From a phage: DNA of 64,000 nucleotides. The notes under the pieces were generated by a model. It made no database searches and had not been told where the DNA came from. It saw only the letters and a program-made list of their open reading frames with translations. The position numbers and the translations under genes were made by a program. The stretch is taken from the sequence record OZ346228.1. The stretch is one strand, 5' to 3'. Shown in pieces: positions 1-10,331 of this stretch. Each line of letters begins with the position of its first letter. The first letter of the stretch is position 1.

Positions 1-1463
1 ACTGTGGATGTGCAAACGCAGTAGATACTTTTGCAAACAATGAGAAATTTATCCGTAGCTACGGAACAGTGGTCCTTGCAATGGACAACGATGCGGCTAA
101 CGAGGTAGAGAAGCAAAAACACGTTATCAAAGGTGTTGAAGCCACACATAATATTGCAGCATTTTTGATGGCTGACAACGTTTACCACGTGGAATATCCT
201 GGCGAGGTAAACGACCCTGATGGTGTAAAAGATATCCGTGACATGCTGAAGGCTAAAAAGCTGGAAGATATTGTAAACATGTTCCGGCATCCTGTTAAGT
301 ATGTGCCTGATGCTGTGTCGGATTTAGAAGACTTCTCTATCGAATCTTTGCGGAAAAAGACTTCCAACGGGGTAGATATCAGCGCAGAGTTTCCAAAACT
401 GCAAAAAATGCTAAAAGGCTTGCACAAAGGGACACTCGTAATGCTTACAGGTCCATCAGGAGGTGGTAAAACAACTGTAGCCAAAAAACTGGAACACTGT
501 ATTGCAAGATACCTAATGGACCCGACATGTCCAAAGGCCGATGACTACGAAGAGGATGATCGTCTATGCATGATTCATCTTGAGGAGGACCCAGAGGAAG
601 CAATTAACTCCTTGTATGCAAACCAGTTAGGGTTTGATGTTAAAGAGTTTGTTGAAGATCCTAGCCAGTTTTTAACTGATCAAGAACATGCAGAGATTCA
701 CCAATCATGGGCAAAAGCTGGAAAAATCAAAGTGTTCAAACATTTCGGGTCTATTCCAGTGGACGAGTTGATTACCAAGCTTAAGCAAATGGTCTGCCTG
801 TACCATTGTCGCTATATTGTGCTGGATCACCTGTCTATGGTAATTTCAGGGCTTAATGTTAAAGATGAGCGAAAAGAACTGGACATGGCTATGACTCAGC
901 TGGCTGCGTTTTGTAAGCAGTTTAACGTGTTTATCTTGGTGATCGCTCACCTCAAACGTACAGAGATTGTGCCTCCTAAGGACAAGGATGGTAACCCATT
1001 ACCTTTCTGGTATCCTGTGCGAAAAGAGAATTTGCGAGGATCGGCTGGGCTTGAACAGTTGAGTTGGGTAGTCATAGGTGTCGAGGCCGAAGAAATGGTG
1101 GATCGTTCTCGTGGGCGTGTCCGTCTGGTAGGTCTTAAAAACCGTCCAGCAAAAACTTTAGGTATTGCTGACACTTTAGTTATGGACCCACATACAGGTA
1201 AGTTCCATGATGCCAGTAATTGGTACTGGGACAAAGAAATGCAGATGTTTACAGACGGAGAAGGTGGGGAGGTTGTTTGGAGACCTCAGGCCATGTTTGA
1301 GGACCAAGAGCATGCAGTTGTAGAAACACCTATGGGCAAGGTTGTAGCCGATAAGGTTGTAACTCCTACTATTAAGCCTGTTGACACGCAGGAAGACCTT
1401 CAGTACGATGATCCATCCTCTGATCCGGTCCCCGGTTTTGAGGATGATGAAACACCTTTTTAA
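1..1463 (+). CDS. DNA primase/helicase, T7 gp4-like (5' end upstream of window)
   Basis: Frame open from nt 3 with no start; TOPRIM-like VVLAMDNDAAN, Walker A LTGPSGGGKTT, helicase-like body; acidic C-terminus ending DDETPF. Confidence 0.85.
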   Translation, partial: CGCANAVDTFANNEKFIRSYGTVVLAMDNDAANEVEKQKHVIKGVEATHNIAAFLMADNVYHVEYPGEVNDPDGVKDIRDMLKAKKLEDIVNMFRHPVKYVPDAVSDLEDFSIESLRKKTSNGVDISAEFPKLQKMLKGLHKGTLVMLTGPSGGGKTTVAKKLEHCIARYLMDPTCPKADDYEEDDRLCMIHLEEDPEEAINSLYANQLGFDVKEFVEDPSQFLTDQEHAEIHQSWAKAGKIKVFKHFGSIPVDELITKLKQMVCLYHCRYIVLDHLSMVISGLNVKDERKELDMAMTQLAAFCKQFNVFILVIAHLKRTEIVPPKDKDGNPLPFWYPVRKENLRGSAGLEQLSWVVIGVEAEEMVDRSRGRVRLVGLKNRPAKTLGIADTLVMDPHTGKFHDASNWYWDKEMQMFTDGEGGEVVWRPQAMFEDQEHAVVETPMGKVVADKVVTPTIKPVDTQEDLQYDDPSSDPVPGFEDDETPF

Positions 1464-1521
1464 TGTTTAACAAAGAGTGGGAGGGGTAGTACAACCGCCT
1501 CCCCTTTAAGGAGAACTGTAT

Positions 1522-3945
1522 ATGAGCATGTGGTCGTTCGACTTTGAGTCATCCGGTTTGCTGGAAGACCCAGATCTTTATTATCACTGCGGCCTGTTTA
1601 AAGAGCTGAATAAGAACCGTTTTATGCTGTTCCTTCCTCTAAATGACCGCACACACTACTCCGAGGAGGATATAGAAAAGGCTAAGAACTTCATTCTGGC
1701 AAAGAAAACTCTTTATAAAGATTTTGAAGTTCGCATAGCAGATTTTTCAGAGTTGGAAGGTTGGCTTACAGGAAATTCTGACTGGTCACCAACAGCTTTG
1801 AACTGCCATAACTGCTACAGTTATGACTTTATGCTGATGGAAAGATTATCTGGTATTCATTTTGATATGTTCCGTGATCCTAAGTGTATGGGGACTATCA
1901 ACGATCACCAGGTTAACCTGTTTGATACGTTGGCGATGAGCCGAATCTTGTGGCCTGATCGCCCTTTACCAAAAGGTTGTCCGGACTCTGTATTCAACCC
2001 GGTTACTAAGAAAATGCAGCCTGTTGGTCCTCACGGCCTTATGGCATGGGGCTACGCCCTTGGTAACCAGAAAGTTCAAATTGATGACTGGCGCGATCTT
2101 CCGTTATGGAAGTATGTGGATCGTGTATTTGAGGACGTTATCATCCAGGAGCTGCTCTGGAAAGAGCTGGTAGCGGAATCAAAAGGTGTATTCTACGGCA
2201 AATCTGACATGCAGAACTTTATGTACGATCCTGCCAAAGAGAAGCCGAAAGGGTTCAAGAAGATCACCTGGAAGAACGCATTACGTCGAGGCATGTTGCA
2301 GCACTTCCTGATGGAGCTGCAGGCCCGTCAGGGTGTATACTTCGACATAGATGGGGCTATTGCTTTACGTGACCGCTGCGATGCGTGGATGAAAGAGATC
2401 GCTGATCGTGTTGAACCACAACTGCCTTTAAAAGAGCTGTCAATGTCTCAGCGGCCCAAGTTCCCTGAAAAGCCGTTTAACCAAGATGGGACAATCTCTA
2501 ATAATGGTTGGAAATGGTTAAAAGATAAGCTTGGCTATCCTGTGGACATGAGTGCTTTAGAGTTCAAAGCCCCACCTAAGCGAGCATTTACCTCTACAGG
2601 AGATGTCAGTAAGATGGGGATAAAATGGTGTGAAGAGATGGGCTGCAAAGACCACGATAAGATGGCTGATTTCTTGAGAGGTTATATTAAGGGCACCTCC
2701 ACACCACAACCTTTACCTAAAGAGCTGATGGATCAGGCAATAAGCGATCTGCAACAGAAGCGAATGCCTGACTGCAAGATACCTATGAAAATCAGCAATC
2801 AGGACGACATTAAGCGATACCTGATCAGTGCTGGTTGGCTTCCGACAATGTGGAGAACTAAGGATGTAACTAAGGACAGCAAGAAGAAAGCTCTACCTGA
2901 TGCAGATGTTGATGCACGAGTATATGCATACATGGACGAGCTTTTAGAGTCAGAGTATTGTGACCTAATTATCAACTTCTGGAACAAAACTGATGCTAAG
3001 TTTCAGACAACAGTGCACAAGTTCCGAAGCTTTCCTAACTCCGAAAGGATTAAAAAGGAAGTGTTCGGGAAAATACGCAGAAAAGCCAGGGCACTTATTA
3101 CTTCTCCGCAACTGAAAGATACGTTTGGACACCTATGTCCGAATCTTGAAAAATTGAACGGAGAGATGGCTAAAGATATCGTCTTGTGGTTATCATTGCG
3201 AAACCGCAGATCGGTCCTTGATCCAATCAAGGAGGATAAGGTTGATACTGGTCTTCTTAATCACCCACGTTTGAAGATTGACCATAAGCTTCCTGCTAAA
3301 AGCTCTGGATTAACAAACACTTCCCGACAGAAACACAGTATTTGTGCAAACATGCCTAAACCATCTCCTAAAGTGGTTATGGGTAAAGAGATGCGTAGCT
3401 TGTGGGGTGTTCCTCCTGGATACTTTGAGATCGGTATTGACGGGTCCAACTTAGAGCAGCTTATCGGGGCTTGGGGTGCCTTTGAGTTCGACAACGGCTT
3501 GTACTATGATGTTGTAAGTAACGGGGACGCACACCAAAACAATGCTGAGGCATATACAAAAGTAGCAGGCAGAGAGGTGTCTCGTAACGACGGTAAACCT
3601 ATCACGTATGGGGTTATGTACGGGGCACAAAAAGATAAAGTTGCAGATATGCTGGATATCTCCCCAGAGTTGGGGCAAAGGGTGATCGATGCACTTTGGG
3701 ATGCCAACCCAGGTCTTAAGGGGCGCAAAGAGGATCTGGAGAAATTCTGGGAAGCAACAGGTAAGAAGTTTATCTACTCTTTTGATGGTCATGCTATCTG
3801 GACCCGATCTAAACACTCTTTACTTAATGCATACCAACAAAATGGCGGCGCATCGTTGTGTGACTTAGTTGGGATACTCATGCACCATCAAATGGTGAAG
3901 CGTGGGTGGTACGATGAAGGTGTTCGTCGTATTATCTATTACCAT
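1522..3945 (+). CDS. DNA polymerase family A (T7 gp5-like), exon 1
   Basis: RBS AAGGAGA; N-terminal exo motif FDFESSG, HGLMAWGYALG region, motif A IDGSNLEQL, motif B KPITYGVMYGAQ; frame stops 2 codons after ..IIYYH, before any HDE motif C. Confidence 0.85.
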
Positions 3946-4787
3946 AAATAACATTGTGGCTTCGTGCAGTGATGCACGTCGAAAACCTCTTTAATTGACG
4001 GGAAGGCTAAGTTGACTTTTACACCTAAACATGGTAAAAGCTCAATATGCTAATCCGCAGCGAAGACTAAAGGGGTGTAGTTAAAATGGCTAGATCAGTT
4101 GAGTATCACGGATATACCGTGTTTGATGATGGAACAATACCTTTATCGAAACGTGATCATACAACAATGTTTTGTTTTGATAATGGTCGAGGTTACCTTT
4201 GCGTAACCATGTTCATCGAGGGGAAGCAGTGCACAAAAGGTGTCCACCACTTGGTTGCTGAATGCTTTGTATCAAACCCTGATCCTGAAAGGCTCACATG
4301 GGTGAACCATAAGGACGGAAACAAATACAACAATGCATACTGGAACCTTGAATGGACCACCCCTGGTGGAAATATCAAACACGCTTATGATAATGACCTC
4401 AGAGTAAGGCCAGTCGGTGAGTATAATGCCAACGCTGTACTGACCGAGGATGAGGTAACGGAGATTTGCGAACTGTTACAAAGTGGTTTACGACAATGCG
4501 AGATTAGGGATCTTGGGTATCCTTATGAGACGGTCAGAGCCATAAAGCAAAGAAGACAGTGGAAACATATCTCTAAAAACTACACCTGGTAGTAACGTTC
4601 AGAGACTATCGAAAGCATAGCGCCAACATAAATTGGTGCGAAGAAGCGAGTAGAGTAGACCAGCAAGTGCGGTCGAAATGGGAGGTGCCTTGGTAACAAG
4701 GTAGTGAGATAGTCCGATCCATACAGGAAACTGTATGGCTGTGCACGTAATGGTGCGGGGTAGCTTAACGACCTACCTGAACTATTG
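3946..4787 (+). mobile_element. Group I intron interrupting DNA polymerase before motif C
   Basis: Exon 1 ends on U at 3945; AGACTA (P7 5' strand) at 4064-4069; GAGATAGTCCG (P7 3' strand) at 4706-4716; P9-like hairpin CCATACAG-GAAA-CTGTATGG at 4719-4738; terminal G at 4787; joining gives ..YYH-DEYQLQV. Confidence 0.75.
4086..4592 (+). CDS. HNH homing endonuclease, intron-encoded
   Basis: HNH motif WVNHKDGNKYNNAYWNLEW; lies inside the proposed intron between P7 5' and P7 3' elements. Confidence 0.8.
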   Translation: MARSVEYHGYTVFDDGTIPLSKRDHTTMFCFDNGRGYLCVTMFIEGKQCTKGVHHLVAECFVSNPDPERLTWVNHKDGNKYNNAYWNLEWTTPGGNIKHAYDNDLRVRPVGEYNANAVLTEDEVTEICELLQSGLRQCEIRDLGYPYETVRAIKQRRQWKHISKNYTW

Positions 4788-5141
4788 GATGAGTACCAAC
4801 TTCAAGTCCCTGACACACCGAAGTATAAGACTGTGTACACCTTCGACACAATCGAAGAACTGGAAGCATTTAAGGCAGAGCAGGAGGCCAAACTTCATGT
4901 GTTCGACGGTCATAAGTACAAAAAGGCACGCAAGGATGAGGACGGAAACGAAGTGGTTGACAGAGACGGAAACACGGTGTACGATCCTATCCTGAACGAT
5001 GACGGAAAGCTTGAACTTATCTGGAGCCCTGTGGGTGAAATGGTGGTGCATTGCTTCTGGCAAGCTTCTAAAATGATGGGCGTCCCGTTCCAGATCACGG
5101 GTGAATACCTGTGTGGTCGTAATTGGGGTGATTGTCACTAA
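4788..5141 (+). CDS. DNA polymerase family A, exon 2
   Basis: Begins GAT GAG (DE of motif C) in frame after omega-G; C-terminus ..GRNWGDCH resembles T7 gp5 end ..GPNWAICH (from memory). Confidence 0.75.
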   Translation, partial: DEYQLQVPDTPKYKTVYTFDTIEELEAFKAEQEAKLHVFDGHKYKKARKDEDGNEVVDRDGNTVYDPILNDDGKLELIWSPVGEMVVHCFWQASKMMGVPFQITGEYLCGRNWGDCH

Positions 5142-5190
5142 TGTAAACTATCAACACATGGAAGTGTTGTTGAGCAAAGAGGAGACTTTT

Positions 5191-5475
5191 ATGGTAGTAG
5201 AACCAACAAAAACATTTACATCCATGACTATCCCTGTTATTATGCAGGTGGAGTGTGTTCAGGTATCTCAAGTGTGGCCTGGCACCAAAATCCCGACAGG
5301 GCCTGATTTCTTTCAGGTTGGCAAAGTGTACAATGTCTGGAAGGCACCAGATTGTTACCCTTTCATCAAAGATGACCGTGGGATGCTGTGGTATCTTGGA
5401 AATGATTTGACACTGCACCTTGGGAATGCTATTATTGCAGTATTCAGACTTAACAAGAAGGAGACTGATCAATGA
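5191..5475 (+). CDS. hypothetical protein
   Basis: RBS AAAGAGGAG then ATG; 4-nt overlap with next ORF. Confidence 0.5.
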   Translation: MVVEPTKTFTSMTIPVIMQVECVQVSQVWPGTKIPTGPDFFQVGKVYNVWKAPDCYPFIKDDRGMLWYLGNDLTLHLGNAIIAVFRLNKKETDQ

Positions 5476-5699
5476 CGACTTTGGTTAAAGCTACCTTTGT
5501 AGAAGAAAAGATGACAGACCTGTCATTCTTTAAAGAAGGAAAGACCTACGAGGTTTATTACGATAAAGCTCGTGCAAATAAAATGATTAAAGACGAGGAA
5601 GGGGTTGCCTGGTTTATCTCCCATCTGGCAAACGGTGAGTATCATATCTACGGAACCACCCTGCTTGCCAAGTTTGTAGCTGTTGAAGAGGACCTATGA
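5472..5699 (+). CDS. hypothetical protein
   Basis: RBS AAGGAG; ATGA-type overlap with flanking ORFs. Confidence 0.55.
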   Translation: MTTLVKATFVEEKMTDLSFFKEGKTYEVYYDKARANKMIKDEEGVAWFISHLANGEYHIYGTTLLAKFVAVEEDL

Positions 5700-5890
5700 A
5701 AGTAAAGTATCTGGCTGAGGGTATGAGTAGGTATTTCACCCTTGGTGAAGAATATTGGCCATTTACAAGCAACGGCGATGTCTACGTGAAAGATAATTTC
5801 GGCACGCCATGGTTTTTGCACCCTAACGGGTTAGGGTATTCTATTTATCGCAGTGCAATGAGCGACACAACCCTTGCAGAGTTTGTATAG
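5696..5890 (+). CDS. hypothetical protein
   Basis: Co-oriented ORF coupled to upstream gene. Confidence 0.5.
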   Translation: MKVKYLAEGMSRYFTLGEEYWPFTSNGDVYVKDNFGTPWFLHPNGLGYSIYRSAMSDTTLAEFV

Positions 5891-5900
5891 AGGAGGTAGA

Positions 5901-6272
5901 ATGTTAGTAAAAGGTACTCACACAGTCAAACAACGTATCGAAGTTGAGATCGATGACTGCGAGCTGAAGCATATTTTACGGTCATGTTCCAACGTTTTGC
6001 TCCTTAGTATTCTCCAGGAGCGAGCGGAGAACGAGTTCTTAAATGCACTGGCAGGCCGCCCTGGTGATTTCTGTGTGCGTAAGCGTGGTGACAACAAGTC
6101 ATGGCTGTGGGAGATAGACGCAGAATGGGATTACCATAAAAATGAGGGTATAGATGAACCTATTCGTGAATTGACGGACAACGAGGTTCAGATGTACAAT
6201 GAAGTTTGTCAGTGGGCAAAAAGTCAACAAACTTATCTTGATCCTTGGTGGATGATCGAAAATAGTCGTTGA
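5901..6272 (+). CDS. hypothetical protein
   Basis: RBS AGGAGG 5 nt before ATG. Confidence 0.55.
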   Translation: MLVKGTHTVKQRIEVEIDDCELKHILRSCSNVLLLSILQERAENEFLNALAGRPGDFCVRKRGDNKSWLWEIDAEWDYHKNEGIDEPIRELTDNEVQMYNEVCQWAKSQQTYLDPWWMIENSR

Positions 6273-6348
6273 CAGGAAGTAAGATTAGATATAAGATGCT
6301 TCACACAAACAGAGCGTTGATTGTTTAACACTTAAGGAGACCGCTAAG

Positions 6349-6603
6349 ATGAAAATTACTCTGAAGCCAGAATGCGTTGAAAATGACCGAGCTTTTAAAG
6401 ATTGCACAATCGGTGCAATTTATGAAGCAGAGTTTTGTGAGAACCCTTTGGTAAAAGCCCTTCTGGAAGAAGGAGCTCCTCTATCACAGGAAGAGCTTGA
6501 TGAGTTGGAAAACTCAGCACAGTGCCTTACCTTTAAAGATGATGAAGGAGACTCTGTCTGGTGCACTGTTAATGAAGTAGTTTTTGTAAAACCTGAACAT
6601 TAA
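6349..6603 (+). CDS. hypothetical Cys-containing protein (tandem paralog 1)
   Basis: RBS AAGGAG; KPECVENDRAFKDCT..TFKDDEGDSVWCT shared with next ORF. Confidence 0.6.
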   Translation: MKITLKPECVENDRAFKDCTIGAIYEAEFCENPLVKALLEEGAPLSQEELDELENSAQCLTFKDDEGDSVWCTVNEVVFVKPEH

Positions 6604-6666
6604 TGCTTGACAACAGTCATAGGGCCTACTATAATGGCCCTATCAAAACGAAAGGGGACCACAGCA

Positions 6667-6939
6667 ATGACCAAACAATATCAACGAATTAAAGCCAAGG
6701 TTAAGCCAGACTATCTGGAGAAGGACTCTGCTTTTCGGGACTGCACAGCTGACAAAGTTTACACAGGGGCCGTCCTGTTGAACGATGAACTTGAAGTAGA
6801 TATTCTGGGTAAAGAGGCCACTATTAAGGACGACCAAGGCGATTATGTTTGCTGCACCACACGTGAGCTAGAAATCTTAGAATACTTCGGTGAAATCTTC
6901 ACCTCTCTTGATGATTACTTAGATGATGAGGAAGCGTGA
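6667..6939 (+). CDS. hypothetical Cys-containing protein (tandem paralog 2)
   Basis: RBS AAGGGG; KPDYLEKDSAFRDCT..TIKDDQGDYVCCT parallels previous ORF. Confidence 0.6.
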   Translation: MTKQYQRIKAKVKPDYLEKDSAFRDCTADKVYTGAVLLNDELEVDILGKEATIKDDQGDYVCCTTRELEILEYFGEIFTSLDDYLDDEEA

Positions 6940-7328
6940 TGAAAAATATTTGGGATATCGATATCTTTGAAGCCTCTAAGCTTGATGGTGCTGATGGAGT
7001 GATTATGGTGTCTGATGGCAAAGCAACACTAACTTCCGGAGATATCATCTATGCCTTGGACGAGCTGGCGCTTCTGAAATCTACCGGTAACACTTTAGAG
7101 GAGCGTCTTCAAGGCTTCGCCTTCAAAGAAGGCACAAATACCGCCATGATGTGCACCACACGGACAGTTCAAGTTGGTAACGGTGTCTATATGATCATTG
7201 CTGTGTGTCCTAAATTCAGCAACGTCAACAAAGATGATGCTGACGCTGTCAACGATGTGGTTGTTCTCTTCGTGGGTGACGCTATGGCAGATCTGATGAA
7301 TGCAGGAGAAGCAGCAAATGAAGACTGA
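6936..7328 (+). CDS. hypothetical protein
   Basis: Start overlaps upstream stop; RBS GAGGAAG. Confidence 0.55.
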   Translation: MMKNIWDIDIFEASKLDGADGVIMVSDGKATLTSGDIIYALDELALLKSTGNTLEERLQGFAFKEGTNTAMMCTTRTVQVGNGVYMIIAVCPKFSNVNKDDADAVNDVVVLFVGDAMADLMNAGEAANED

Positions 7329-7620
7329 AAACATCACCCCCGCAGGGTTCTTAAAAGTATACCGTGAACTGCTATATACTACAGAGGACAGTGTTCTAGA
7401 GTATCCAGAATATCTTTTGCTGTATAAGTATCTGCAGGAGGCTGGTGAAAATCTGCCAGTTAGTGCAGAAGGTGGTCCGAACTGGATATACAGCGCATGG
7501 AGAAAGGTTGACATTCTCCCAGATCCGGGTAAAGATATGGTAGTTTGGCAGCTTATCAACAACATCGGGATTCCAATCTTTGATGAAGCTGTTAAAATCT
7601 ATTTTGAACTTGACGATTAA
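7318..7620 (+). CDS. hypothetical protein
   Basis: RBS AGGAGAAG before ATG at 7318 (track ORF begins 7300). Confidence 0.5.
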   Translation: MKTENITPAGFLKVYRELLYTTEDSVLEYPEYLLLYKYLQEAGENLPVSAEGGPNWIYSAWRKVDILPDPGKDMVVWQLINNIGIPIFDEAVKIYFELDD

Positions 7621-7637
7621 TATCAGGAGACCTTAAG

Positions 7638-7883
7638 ATGGCTGAAGTAGTTGCTCGCGCAGGACAGAAAGTACGTTGTGTGGAAGTAGGTTTTGGTGGC
7701 AAAGGGTGTCAAAACTTGACTCAAGGTAAGGAATACGCTGTTATTTCTGGTGGTGGCGACGAGAGTATTGTGTTCGAGGGCCACATCCTGGATGCTGAAA
7801 ACTTTGAAATCTTTGACGACGATGGAGATCCGATCACCTGCCTGCTGGACGGGAATTGGGGAACTTTCGAAGTGATTGGCTAA
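7638..7883 (+). CDS. hypothetical protein
   Basis: RBS CAGGAG. Confidence 0.55.
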   Translation: MAEVVARAGQKVRCVEVGFGGKGCQNLTQGKEYAVISGGGDESIVFEGHILDAENFEIFDDDGDPITCLLDGNWGTFEVIG

Positions 7884-7966
7884 CAAATACCTATTGTAAT
7901 TTACAGAAGGGGATGCTAAAATAGTGTCTCCTTCTATGTTGTTCAAATAAAATCGGAGATTCCATA

Positions 7967-8332
7967 ATGGAACAAATGAACGATCAAGCGTCGGTTGCGA
8001 TGAACGAGCAAGAACAACCTCAAGAATTTTTCTTAGGGTTAAGTAAAGATCAAGTGTCTCTTCTGCTAGTGCTTTCTTCTTTCATGGGAAGACTTCAGGA
8101 GCTCACACAACAGCCAGAGGCTGAACAATTATTCCAAGCTTTGCGTGAAGAAGAAAAATATCGTCGTTTGGACTATGCCTTAGGTTGGGTAGCTCAACAA
8201 CGAGATATGCTGATGGCCCTCTCTGGGACCACAAGTTTTGCAATGGGGCTGTTGGCTCAAGTTCAGGACAAATTAATTCAAGCAGGGTTTGCACACACGG
8301 CAAACACTAACGAAGAACAAGGAGACAAATAA
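7967..8332 (+). CDS. hypothetical protein
   Basis: RBS CGGAG; stop overlaps next start. Confidence 0.55.
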   Translation: MEQMNDQASVAMNEQEQPQEFFLGLSKDQVSLLLVLSSFMGRLQELTQQPEAEQLFQALREEEKYRRLDYALGWVAQQRDMLMALSGTTSFAMGLLAQVQDKLIQAGFAHTANTNEEQGDK

Positions 8333-9558
8333 TGAGCGTTATTCAACAATTCGCTAACCCGATGAATCCGCGTGAAACTGTTTTACTGGCTCACGGCATG
8401 ATTAAACGTGTCAGCATCAAGCCTATCAAAGGTGCTGATCCTACAACAGGTATTAAAACCACTGTGTGGCAAGGTAAGAAAATTGAATCCAGCCACACCA
8501 TCTCTTTACTGATTTCTGAACTGGATTCCTCTGATAACCTGCTTCAAGGTGGTGAAGAAGTTTGGATCAGCATGGGTGATAAGCTGCTTAAACCTGGTCA
8601 TCAAGACTCTGTCTCTGTTAAAATTGATGACAAGTGGGAAACCGTAACGCCGGGATGGATCGTAAATATTCCTTTGAAGGCAAACGAGCATAACGGTAAG
8701 ACCTATTACAAAGGCTCACTGGCTAAGATGGTCAAGCTGGGTGCAGGAGAGGCTCCAGCAGCGACTCAGCAGCAAAAACAGCAACAAGGTGCACAATCAC
8801 AAGGCCAGAAGCAGAAACCTCAGCAGAATGCCAATCAGGACGTTTTACGCATCTATGGTGATGTGACTCAGATTGTTGGCAACGTGGTTACTGTTAATGA
8901 CCACAAGATTGGCGAAGGTGCTATGGTTGTAACTGATGAGCAGCTTAAAGACCTGGTGGTAGGTGGTCGTGTTGCAGCCATTGTTGACAAAGACACCGGA
9001 AACATTATCAGTGGTTTCAAGGCCTATCCTCCTAAGGCAGAGAACGGCACTCAAGGCTCTGGTGGCAAGCGTAAATCCTCTTACGACCCTATCGGTGTGG
9101 AAACGGGGCATAGCATCAATGCGTTGCAGATCATCCTGGATCGCGGGTTTAAGGTAGACGACCCACTGGGCGTGGCTAAAACACTGCACGTAGTCACCAT
9201 TGAGCTTAAGAAAGAGTATGCTCAAGCCACCAACCGAGCTGAAGATGAAGTAGGTGCCAGTGTCGGTAATGCGGTGTTGAACGCTTGTCGCCGTATTGAC
9301 AAGAAAACGAAAGTTGATGATTTTGCAGTGGCAATTACTGCAGAAGCAAAAGATGTCTTGACTAATCTAGCTGAGCCGTTGTACGATTGGATCAAGAACG
9401 GTGCTGAGTCCACTGACCATCAAGAACCTCAGGCTGCCAAACAGGAAGCAGCTCCACAGCAAAACACTGTAGACGCTCCTCCTGTAAATGATGCGGAAGA
9501 TGACCCAATGGATCAGAATCCAGCACAGTACGTCTTTGATGATGACATCCCATTTTAA
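8332..9558 (+). CDS. SSB-like replication protein with E. coli SSB C-terminal tip
   Basis: RBS AAGGAG; 408 aa with Q-rich linker; last residues ..YVFDDDIPF match the E. coli SSB tail DFDDDIPF; core fold not recognisable by eye. Confidence 0.6.
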   Translation: MSVIQQFANPMNPRETVLLAHGMIKRVSIKPIKGADPTTGIKTTVWQGKKIESSHTISLLISELDSSDNLLQGGEEVWISMGDKLLKPGHQDSVSVKIDDKWETVTPGWIVNIPLKANEHNGKTYYKGSLAKMVKLGAGEAPAATQQQKQQQGAQSQGQKQKPQQNANQDVLRIYGDVTQIVGNVVTVNDHKIGEGAMVVTDEQLKDLVVGGRVAAIVDKDTGNIISGFKAYPPKAENGTQGSGGKRKSSYDPIGVETGHSINALQIILDRGFKVDDPLGVAKTLHVVTIELKKEYAQATNRAEDEVGASVGNAVLNACRRIDKKTKVDDFAVAITAEAKDVLTNLAEPLYDWIKNGAESTDHQEPQAAKQEAAPQQNTVDAPPVNDAEDDPMDQNPAQYVFDDDIPF

Positions 9559-9620
9559 CATTTAGTTAACATAGCCCTGCCAGAAAGGGTGGGGTATTTT
9601 TGTATAAGGAGATCTAAAAA

Positions 9621-10037
9621 ATGACATTAGAAGATATCATTGTTAAACCTGAGAACTATGACCAATACAACCTGTCAACTCAATCTGTAGACCTTGGATG
9701 CGCCACGGTCAGTGCGTGGCTGGTTAACGGAAAAGAGCTGGATAAATGCTTAGAAGCTCACATGTCTATTAACAAGTTTCTGGATGAAAATACTCACTGG
9801 CTTGAGGGTGCAGGAGTATATGCTTCATGGTTGGAAAGTATGGGATTCGACTACCAATCTGAAGAAGGGTGGTGGAGCTATTTAGCTATCTGCCCAGAGA
9901 CGCTGCAATGCTTCATGAAATATTCTGAAGATTTGGAGTACCGGGCGGTGGTTGATAGTGCTATTGCCCGTTATAGCCGTAAACCTTTTTCCCACGACAT
10001 TAAAACTGTGGAAGAGTTTGTTGAAGTTTTCTGTTGA
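9621..10037 (+). CDS. hypothetical protein
   Basis: RBS AAGGAG. Confidence 0.55.
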   Translation: MTLEDIIVKPENYDQYNLSTQSVDLGCATVSAWLVNGKELDKCLEAHMSINKFLDENTHWLEGAGVYASWLESMGFDYQSEEGWWSYLAICPETLQCFMKYSEDLEYRAVVDSAIARYSRKPFSHDIKTVEEFVEVFC

Positions 10038-10133
10038 CACAGGTGGAAAGGTGTGCAATTATAACTTCATAGAACGGGAGGACGTGATGAACGAAGAAAA
10101 CTGGGATGTATAACTAACAGGAGGCCACTGCCC

Positions 10134-10331
10134 ATGATTTATCGAATCCGTGTAAGAGAAGATGCACCAGGCTGTTACTTTGACTGGCGTGGGTGGTGGT
10201 TTCTCCACCCAATGGATGGACTCACAGATAGAATGCTGGATGCTGCCCTTTATACAGATACCGACATAGAATATAATCTCTATCTGAAGGACGGTATAGA
10301 TAACGGCCTGTTTGAAGCAATTCCTGTGTAA
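10134..10331 (+). CDS. hypothetical protein
   Basis: RBS CAGGAGG. Confidence 0.5.
   Translation: MIYRIRVREDAPGCYFDWRGWWFLHPMDGLTDRMLDAALYTDTDIEYNLYLKDGIDNGLFEAIPV

Noticed and set aside
2799-3816. Several - strand ORFs (62-121 aa) inside the DNA polymerase gene
   Set aside because: Antisense to a strongly supported coding region, with no RBS or motifs
4785-5141. Track ORF treated as a separate 118-aa gene
   Set aside because: Its frame, with the first codon removed, continues the DNA polymerase through HDE motif C to a T7-like C-terminus, so it is exon 2, not a separate gene
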